Origin: Elusimicrobiales bacterium
GTDB taxonomy: Bacteria > Elusimicrobiota > Elusimicrobia > Elusimicrobiales > UBA9959
DNA length: 16,899 nucleotides
Assembly (NCBI GenBank): GCA_049972095.1
Contig: JBMFKQ010000032.1
Coordinates: forward strand, 1-16,899
Direction of reading: 5' to 3'
Below the pieces are notes generated by a model. The model was not told the DNA's origin, ran no database searches, and saw only the letters and a program-made list of their open reading frames with translations. Shown piece after piece: positions 1-6,730 of the stretch. Numbering within the stretch: position 1 is the stretch's first letter; every line of letters starts with the position of its first letter. Both the position numbers and the translations under genes were made by a program.

Positions 1-2
1 AG

Positions 3-398
3 GAAATTGTTCTTAACTGGATAAAAAAGGCAGAAAATGATTTAAAAACAGCAAAAGATGAAATGGCAGTTCATAATCCTGCAACTGATACAATTTGTTT
101 TCACGCCAAGCAATGCGTTGAAAAATATTTAAAAGCTTATTTGGTTTTCCATCAAAAATACTTCAGAAAAACCCATAATATTGCTGAATTAATAGAATTG
201 TGTAAAGAGATAGACCAAGATTTTAATAAACTTTACGACTTGAAAGTAGAAAATTTGACTCCCTATGCAACCGAAATAAGATATCCCGAAGATTTTTATT
301 TCCCTTCCGAAGATGAAGCAAAAGAAGCAATAGAAATAGCAGAAAAAGTCAGGTCTTTTGTTATTGAAAAACTTAAACAAGAGGGATTGGAAATATGA
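3..398 (+). CDS. HEPN domain protein (MNT-HEPN toxin-antitoxin type), 5'-truncated by the window edge
   Basis: The frame is open from nt 3 (EIVLNWIKKAENDLKTAKDE-M), so the true start lies upstream of the window and the ATG at 63 is internal. Typical HEPN motifs are present: W..KA..DL..A, CFHAKQCVEKYLKAYL (usually FHAQQ..EK.LKA), KTHNI..L, RYP, and a C-terminal EAKEAIEIAEKV helix. Confidence 0.88.
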   Translation, partial: EIVLNWIKKAENDLKTAKDEMAVHNPATDTICFHAKQCVEKYLKAYLVFHQKYFRKTHNIAELIELCKEIDQDFNKLYDLKVENLTPYATEIRYPEDFYFPSEDEAKEAIEIAEKVRSFVIEKLKQEGLEI

Positions 399-455
399 AA
401 TTTGGAAAATATCTGGTGTTAAACAAACATCTTCTCTTGCTTTGGTTAATCACTT

Positions 456-1661
456 TTACAATTCTTTGATGGTAAAATTTATTATCTGAGAATTTTGAAT
501 AGATGAATGAATAGACTTATTTAGTTCATCAGATATCTCCGCTTCTATCTTTTCAATTGTTTTCTCATTTGTTTTAGTTGCTGGATGTTTTGGTGTAAAC
601 AATTGACAACAATCCTGGTCTTTTATGGTTGATATATCAAATGTTCCAATATCCTTTGCCTGTTTTATTATCTCATTTTTATCCATACCTATAAGTGGCC
701 TTAATACTGGGATTTTAACAGCTGAGTTAATAGTTGCAAGATTACAAAGGGTTTGTGAAGAAACCTGTCCAAGGCTTTCACCGGTTATAATTCCAGAAGC
801 TTTTTCTATCTCCGCGATTTGCTGAGCAATTCTAAGCATCATCCTTCTATAAACCACTATTCTATATGGAGCTTTAATATTTATTTTTATCTTTGCTTGA
901 ATTTCTCCAAAAGGAACAAGATATAGCTTTGAGTTTATCTGATAGTGTGTTAAAACTTTTACTATATCCTTAACCTTTTGCTGACTTGTATTGTTATGAT
1001 ATGGATAGCTGTGAAGATGAACAAATATTATTTTAGCCCCCCTTTTAATCATTCTCCACGCAGCCACTGGTGAGTCTATACCCCCAGATATAAGACAAAC
1101 AAGTTTACCTGAGCTTCCTGATGGAAGCCCACCCATTCCTTTTTCTATCTCTGAGTAAAATATTATATGATTTTTAAGGACCTCAATCGTTACAATAAGA
1201 TCTGGTTTAGAGAGATTTACACTCTTTAATGTTTTTTCTTTTATATATCTTCCAATAATTGAGTTTATTTCAAGGGATGTATAAGGAAATAATTTATAAC
1301 TTCTTTTTGTTGATATGGCAAATGTTTTAAAATTCGTGCTTTTTTTAAACAGATTTTCATATATTATTTCAGATATTTTTTGGGGATCATTCTCATTAGT
1401 TATAAATGCATATGCAAACGATGCAATACCACTAATTTTTTTGAGTCTCTCTTTGATTTTGATGAAATCAATATCATCATTGAATGAGAGAATAATTCTT
1501 GATTCTTCCAGTTTTATATCTGGTTTTAAATCAAAAAAATATTCTTTTATGTTTTGTTTTAAAACATTAATAAAAAAATTTCTATTTCCTTTTTTAAGTG
1601 CTATCTCTCCATAATGGATCAGTATTATTTTTTTAACTTCATTCATTATCTTTTGAAGCAT
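456..1661 (-). CDS. thiI: tRNA 4-thiouridine(8) synthase ThiI (THUMP + PP-loop, no rhodanese domain)
   Basis: HYGEIALKKGNR N-terminus, THUMP region, GGLPSGSSGK, PP-loop LISGGIDSPVA, TGESLGQVSSQT, RPLIGMDK and DCC motifs; 401 aa. An alternative ATG lies at 1646. Confidence 0.95.
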   Translation of the reverse strand: MLQKIMNEVKKIILIHYGEIALKKGNRNFFINVLKQNIKEYFFDLKPDIKLEESRIILSFNDDIDFIKIKERLKKISGIASFAYAFITNENDPQKISEIIYENLFKKSTNFKTFAISTKRSYKLFPYTSLEINSIIGRYIKEKTLKSVNLSKPDLIVTIEVLKNHIIFYSEIEKGMGGLPSGSSGKLVCLISGGIDSPVAAWRMIKRGAKIIFVHLHSYPYHNNTSQQKVKDIVKVLTHYQINSKLYLVPFGEIQAKIKINIKAPYRIVVYRRMMLRIAQQIAEIEKASGIITGESLGQVSSQTLCNLATINSAVKIPVLRPLIGMDKNEIIKQAKDIGTFDISTIKDQDCCQLFTPKHPATKTNEKTIEKIEAEISDELNKSIHSSIQNSQIINFTIKEL

Positions 1662-1692
1662 TTATTAAAAAATTAACGCTACAAAGATTAAA

Positions 1693-1736
1693 TTATACAA
1701 TTTTTAATAAACCCGATTTTTTAAATTTAGTATAAT
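1693..1736. promoter_or_regulatory. Divergent -10 boxes for thiI (-) and the asnS operon (+)
   Basis: TATAAT on the - strand near 1692-1697 and TATAAT on the + strand at 1731-1736, inside a 130-bp divergent spacer. No convincing -35 boxes. Confidence 0.45.
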
Positions 1737-1791
1737 AGTAGTAGTGAAAATTTGTTTTTAGATAGAAGTTTTAAAAAAAAGGGGATAATAT

Positions 1792-2334
1792 ATGCCGAGG
1801 GATTATTTTCCACTTATTCCAATGATGAGATATGAATATGAATTTAAGAGCAGTGAATTTGATGGTGTGGCAACTGTTTTTATAGATATACTCAAGGTTT
1901 CAAAAAAAGGCAAGACTACAACGGCTATTGCTAGAATGATATTCAAATTAAGGGATGAGAATATAGTTGAGTTTAAAATTAAAAAAGATGATAAGTGGGT
2001 CATCACAACAGATGGTATTACAATTGGTGGAAGAAAAGAATTTCCAATACCACCTCGTGAGGGTAGAAAATGGGATGATCCACCTGATTATAATGAGATA
2101 ATTTCAATAACTGATAAGGTTTCAATTAAAGCTGGTAACTTTTCAAACTGTCTTAAGGTTATGACAAAGATAGCGGGTGGTGATGGTGGAATAGCTTTCA
2201 GGTATTATGCTGCGGGTATAGGTTATATCCTTGAGGATTGGAAAGGTGAGGATAAACAGATGTATACAGAGCTTGTAAGGGTAAGAAAGCTTAATGAGGA
2301 TGAGATTGAGATAAAAAGAAGAAGGAAAAAATGA
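1792..2334 (+). CDS. Hypothetical beta-rich protein (YFPL...AGxFxxCxKV...YAxGIG pattern, DUF3108/TapB-like)
   Basis: 180-aa ORF with SD GGGGA at 1781-1785 and an ATGA overlap with asnS. Motifs DYFPL, KAGNFSNCLKV and RYYAAGIGYILE; no signal peptide. Confidence 0.8.
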   Translation: MPRDYFPLIPMMRYEYEFKSSEFDGVATVFIDILKVSKKGKTTTAIARMIFKLRDENIVEFKIKKDDKWVITTDGITIGGRKEFPIPPREGRKWDDPPDYNEIISITDKVSIKAGNFSNCLKVMTKIAGGDGGIAFRYYAAGIGYILEDWKGEDKQMYTELVRVRKLNEDEIEIKRRRKK

Positions 2335-3734
2335 AACCACTTATGACGGTTAAACAGATACTTTCAAAGGATTCTCCTCTTAAGGATGTTGAAGTTATGG
2401 GATGGATAAAGACCAGGAGGGATTTAAAGGATGTTTCCTTTGCAGAGCTTAATGACGGATCTACCAGGAAAAATATTCAGATAGTTATAGACAACACAAA
2501 GAATGATTTCAAAAATACTATTAGCAGGATTGTTAATGGAGCTTCTGTTAGAATAAAGGGTGATCTTGTGCTTTCACCTGCAAAAGGGCAAAAATATGAG
2601 CTTTTAGCAAAAGAGGTTGAGATTCTTGGGGATTGTAATCAGGAGGAATATCCAATACAAAAGAAAAGGATATCAGATGAATATTTAAGAACGGTAGCAC
2701 ATTTGAGAGCAAGAACAAATAAATATTCTGCTATGCTAAGAATAAGATCTGAGCTTTCCTTTGCTATTCATAAATATTTCAGAGACAATGGTTTTTTCTA
2801 TGTGCATACTCCAATAATAACTGCCTATGATTGTGAGGGTGCAGGACAAATGTTTTCTGTAACAGCCTTTGACATATCAAATGTGAAAAATCTTCCTGTT
2901 GGTGAAAATGGAAATGTTGATTTTTCAAAGGATCTTTTTTCAAAAAGAACTTATCTAACAGTTTCAGGCCAGCTTGAGGGTGAAACACTTGCTCTTGCTT
3001 TAGGGAAGATATATACCTTTGGTCCAACATTTAGGGCTGAAAACTCAAATACATACCGCCATGCCTCAGAGTTTTGGATGATTGAACCAGAGATGGCTTT
3101 TTATGATCTTTTTGATGATATGGATCTTGCTGAGGATTTTGTTAAGTCAATAGCAAAGCATATAATTGAAAATTGTCATGAGGATATCGAACTTTTTGCT
3201 AAGTTTGTTGAACCAAGGTTAATGAATAACCTTGAAAATATTGTTAATTCGAATTATGAAAGATTAACTTATACAGATGCTGTTTCAGTCCTTGAGAAGG
3301 AAAATTCAAGGTTCGAGAAAAAAATCTGCTGGGGTGTAGATCTTGGAAGTGAGCATGAGAGGTTTTTAGTTGAGCATTATTTTAAAAAACCAGTTATACT
3401 TTACAACAAACCAAAAGAGTTTGCTGCTTTTTATATGATGTTAAATGATGATGGAAAAACAGTAAGAGGAATGGATTTACTTGTGCCAAGAGTAGGTGAG
3501 CTTATAGGAGGAAGTCAAAGAGAGCATAGACTTGATATACTTTTAAAAAGAATGAATGAACTTGGTATGAAGATAGAAAACTATTGGTGGTATATTGATT
3601 TAAGAAGATTTGGAAGTGTACCTCATAGTGGTTTTGGCCTTGGTTTTGAGAGGATGATGATGCTTATCACAGGAATCCAAAACATAAGGGATGTCTGTGC
3701 ATATCCACGAGTTCCTGGCTATGCTGAGTTTTGA
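2331..3734 (+). CDS. asnS: Asparagine--tRNA ligase
   Basis: OB-fold GWIKTRR...FAELNDGS, YPIQKK, HLRARTN, DCEGAG, LTVSGQLEGE, motif 2 FGPTFRAENSNT.RH..EFWMIEPE, GELIGGSQRE, and motif 3 PHSGFGLGFER. Confidence 0.98.
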   Translation: MKPLMTVKQILSKDSPLKDVEVMGWIKTRRDLKDVSFAELNDGSTRKNIQIVIDNTKNDFKNTISRIVNGASVRIKGDLVLSPAKGQKYELLAKEVEILGDCNQEEYPIQKKRISDEYLRTVAHLRARTNKYSAMLRIRSELSFAIHKYFRDNGFFYVHTPIITAYDCEGAGQMFSVTAFDISNVKNLPVGENGNVDFSKDLFSKRTYLTVSGQLEGETLALALGKIYTFGPTFRAENSNTYRHASEFWMIEPEMAFYDLFDDMDLAEDFVKSIAKHIIENCHEDIELFAKFVEPRLMNNLENIVNSNYERLTYTDAVSVLEKENSRFEKKICWGVDLGSEHERFLVEHYFKKPVILYNKPKEFAAFYMMLNDDGKTVRGMDLLVPRVGELIGGSQREHRLDILLKRMNELGMKIENYWWYIDLRRFGSVPHSGFGLGFERMMMLITGIQNIRDVCAYPRVPGYAEF

Positions 3735-3769
3735 AAGATTTTCTTTGTGCTAATTAGTGAGAAGATAAT

Positions 3770-4330
3770 ATGGTTTACACAAGAGAAAAAGCTATTGAGC
3801 TTTTGAACCGATATCTTAAGAATAAAAATCTTGTAAAGCACTGCATTGCTTCAGGGGTTATTATGAGAGCCCTTGCTATTAAGTTTGGAAGGGATAAGAT
3901 TAAGTGGGAGCTTGCAGGCTTGCTTCATGATATAGATGTTGAGTTAACTAAGGAAAAACCACAGGAACATACAAAAAAAGCAGTAGAGATTCTCACAAAA
4001 GAGGGTTTGGATAATGATATCATTGAAGCTATTAAAATGCACAACTCTGATGTATGGGGATATAAATCAGATGATTTTTTTCATATTGCTTTAAGGGCGT
4101 CAGAAACAGTAACAGGTCTAATAGTAGCTGCTGTGCTTGTTCTTCCTGATAAAAAACTATCTTCACTTACACTTGATTTTCTGCTTAAAAGGTTTAATGA
4201 AAAAAGATTTGCTCAAGGAGCAAGAAGAGATATTATTTTAGAATGTGAAAAGCTTGGAATTACGCTTCCAGAGTTTCTTGAAATTGCCATAAATGCTATG
4301 AAAGAGATTTCTGTTGAGCTTGGAATTTAG
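3770..4330 (+). CDS. HD-superfamily (HDIG/COG2316-like) metal-dependent phosphohydrolase
   Basis: NLVKHC, AGLLHDID, H..K, AIKMHN, TGLIVAAVLVLPDKKL and KRFAQGARR: the pattern of the ~185-aa predicted HD hydrolases. Confidence 0.85.
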   Translation: MVYTREKAIELLNRYLKNKNLVKHCIASGVIMRALAIKFGRDKIKWELAGLLHDIDVELTKEKPQEHTKKAVEILTKEGLDNDIIEAIKMHNSDVWGYKSDDFFHIALRASETVTGLIVAAVLVLPDKKLSSLTLDFLLKRFNEKRFAQGARRDIILECEKLGITLPEFLEIAINAMKEISVELGI

Positions 4331-4361
4331 ATGTTATTCTGGTTAAGTTAGTCTCAAATTA

Positions 4362-5510
4362 TTAGATGCTTTGTGCTATTTGTTTTTCCCACTGACCATA
4401 GGCATCTTTACTTGATATAAGACCAGAAAGATAATTTTTTATCTCTCTTGAAAGTGGTTTTGGTTTTAGGTTTTCAAATGGGGTTGATGGAAGAGGCATA
4501 AAATAGTGTATATGTATTCTTGCTTTGTATAACCTTACAAGAATATCTATCACTTTTTTTGTTTCTTTAAAATCCTTTTCTGTTTCAAAAGGAAATCCAA
4601 ATATAAAATCAACATCAACATTAAAACCAAAGCTGCTTAGTATTTTGACAGCATTTAAAATATCATCTACACTATGAGCTCTATTGATTTTTTTGAGTAT
4701 ATCCTGGCTTCCTGATTGTGCTCCGATTATAACCCTTTTGCTTGATGTTATTTTTTTTAGCTCATATGCAAGGTCTTCAGTTATATTCTCAGGCCTTATC
4801 TCTGAAGGAAAACTCCCTAAAAAAATTCTTCCTCTGTTTTTAATTGTTTGGCTTAAAGCATTAAAAAGCCTTTTTATCTCTTTTATATTGATCTCTCCTT
4901 TTTTATCACTTGCATATGAAGCAAGATCAGGGGTTATGAATCTAATGTCTCTAAAGTTGTTTCTAAGAAGTATCTCAACCTCCTCAATGATTTTATCTAC
5001 AGTTTTATGCCTCATTTTATTTCCAAAGATTTGTGGTGTTTGACAGTAGAAGCAACTATAATGACATCCCCTTGATATCTCAATTGAGCCAAATCTTTTG
5101 AATTTATCTGAAACCGAACCAAATTTATTTATATCCACTTCTTTTGTGGGCTTTATTATTTTTTCCTTTTTTCTACCATATAAAAAATCTCTAAATGTCT
5201 CTTCCCCTTCCCCTATAAATACTGAGTCAAAAAGATCTAAACCCTCTTCCGTTTCTTTTGTGAAGTAAACTCCGCCGGCTATAATTTTTGACCGCGGATA
5301 AATTTCCTTTATCCTTTTTGCATCGGATAACTCTTTTTTTGAGTTCATATTCATAAATGAAAAAACTATAATACTATCTTCATCAATGATCTTTAAAATT
5401 TTTCCAATATCTCTTTCAAAAAATATATTTCCTTCAAAATCCTCTATTGCCCTTGCAAGTGAGTTTAGTGAATACTTATTACAATGTGTTGTTTTGAATA
5501 TAATTTGAAT
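4362..5510 (-). CDS. B12-binding domain / radical SAM protein (TIGR04013, MJ_1487-like family)
   Basis: IIAGG, IGEGEE, EISRGCHYSCFYCQTP (CxxxCxxC), DIRFITP, GSFPSEIRPE, GAQSGS, VDFIFGFPFE and H.FMPLP.TP. The frame stays open for 52 codons upstream of the ATG at 5354 (IQIIFKTTHCNKYSLNSLARAIED...IVFSF) to an ATT at 5510, just after AGGAGG (5515-5520). The start position is inferred. Confidence 0.85.
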   Translation of the reverse strand: MQIIFKTTHCNKYSLNSLARAIEDFEGNIFFERDIGKILKIIDEDSIIVFSFMNMNSKKELSDAKRIKEIYPRSKIIAGGVYFTKETEEGLDLFDSVFIGEGEETFRDFLYGRKKEKIIKPTKEVDINKFGSVSDKFKRFGSIEISRGCHYSCFYCQTPQIFGNKMRHKTVDKIIEEVEILLRNNFRDIRFITPDLASYASDKKGEINIKEIKRLFNALSQTIKNRGRIFLGSFPSEIRPENITEDLAYELKKITSSKRVIIGAQSGSQDILKKINRAHSVDDILNAVKILSSFGFNVDVDFIFGFPFETEKDFKETKKVIDILVRLYKARIHIHYFMPLPSTPFENLKPKPLSREIKNYLSGLISSKDAYGQWEKQIAQSI

Positions 5511-5641
5511 AAAACCTCCTCTCTATAAATTTTACTATTTCAAATGTTTGATAAGTATTTTAAATTTTTAGGTATATTACTATTTTTTAGGTATTTCTGT
5601 TAGAAATTAGATGTTTTTTTAGAATCTATATCAAGCAACAG

Positions 5642-5758
5642 ATCCCTGAAAGAGATCCAGAATTAGTTTTTCGTTAAACTCAAAGTAATTTGCCTCTTTC
5701 AAATCCCCAAGGAAACAAAAATCTTTTTGGAGTTTGAGGAACACAGCTCTTCAAAGAT
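5642..5758 (-). ncRNA. Candidate structured RNA: long imperfect hairpin with an internal bubble
   Basis: Three nested stems read by eye on the - strand: AUCUUUGAAGAG/CUCUUUCAGGGAU, AAACUC..AAAG/CUUUGAGUUU and UUUGUUUC/GAGGCAAA, including four G-U pairs that form only on the - strand. No family recognised. Confidence 0.3.
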
Positions 5759-5851
5759 AGTCTAGTCCATAAGAGGTTAGATGTGTAATGAATTAAGGAG
5801 GATAGGTCAGAGAATTGAAATTATATCTGATTGTTATATCTTTAGGCATTT

Positions 5852-6730
5852 TTACATCTTTGATATTGCCTGTTTATATGCATCATAGGCTTTGTAGGAG
5901 CTTCTTGCAAGTGGTTGTGAGACAACAGCTTTAAAGCCAATACTTATTGCAAACTCTTTTAATTTTTCAAATTCCTGTGGATGGTAATATTTTACAACAT
6001 CATAACTCTGTGGAGTAGGTTTTAGATACTGACCTATTACAAGAATATCACATTCATTTTTTTTAAGATCCTCTATGGTTCTTTTTATCTCGTCAATATC
6101 CTCCCCCATACCTATTATTATTGATGATTTTGTTGGGATTTCTGGTTTTATCCTTTTTGATTCCTTCAGTATTTTAAGTGAGCCGTTGTATGATGCTTTT
6201 GGTCTTATAGCTGGATATAGCCTTTCAACTGTTTCAATGTTATGTGCAAGAACTGATGGATTTGCTGATAAAACCCTTTCAAGCAGGTTTATGTTTAGAG
6301 AAAAATCTGGAATAAGCGGCTCTATTAGGGTGTGTGGAGAGAGTTTTTTTATTTCATTTATTACATTTATAAAATGTCCTGAACCTTTATCCTCAAGATC
6401 ATCTCTTGCTGGTGATGTAAAGACAACATATCTTAACCTCCATTTCCTTACAGTTTCTGCTATTCTTTTTGGTTCTTCCGGATCTGGTTTTTGTGGATTT
6501 CCCTTTTTAACAGAGCAGAACTTGCAGTTTCTTGTGCATATATCACCAAGTATTAGAAATGTTGCATGCCTTGATGTAAAACACTCTCCTTTATTTGGAC
6601 ATTTTGCCTCATAGCATATTGTATTATGTGAGTTTGAGAAAAGTTCATTTTTTACTTCACAGGCAATGTCAGTTTTTATTGATGATTTTTTTGTTTTTAC
6701 TTCATCTATTATCCATCTTGGATAGTTCAT
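5852..6730 (-). CDS. lipA: Lipoyl synthase
   Basis: Auxiliary-cluster motif CYEAKCPNKGEC (CX4CX5C), radical SAM CTRNCKFC, TS..RDDL.D.G, HNIETV, GQYL.P, and C-terminal RSSY. Confidence 0.97.
   Translation of the reverse strand: MNYPRWIIDEVKTKKSSIKTDIACEVKNELFSNSHNTICYEAKCPNKGECFTSRHATFLILGDICTRNCKFCSVKKGNPQKPDPEEPKRIAETVRKWRLRYVVFTSPARDDLEDKGSGHFINVINEIKKLSPHTLIEPLIPDFSLNINLLERVLSANPSVLAHNIETVERLYPAIRPKASYNGSLKILKESKRIKPEIPTKSSIIIGMGEDIDEIKRTIEDLKKNECDILVIGQYLKPTPQSYDVVKYYHPQEFEKLKEFAISIGFKAVVSQPLARSSYKAYDAYKQAISKM

Noticed and set aside
5628..5849. Frame starting just after lipA (MPKDITIRYNFNSLTYPP*...) read as a pseudogene or recoded gene
   Set aside because: It has several stops of different types and no recognisable homology. 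All genes in the window end normally at TAA, TAG or TGA, so there is no sign of stop-codon reassignment.
5521..5851. Cobalamin, SAM-I, TPP, c-di-AMP or fluoride riboswitch before the B12 radical SAM gene
   Set aside because: Core consensus elements (B12 box, SAM-I P1/kink-turn motifs, CUGAGA) were not found by eye on either strand.
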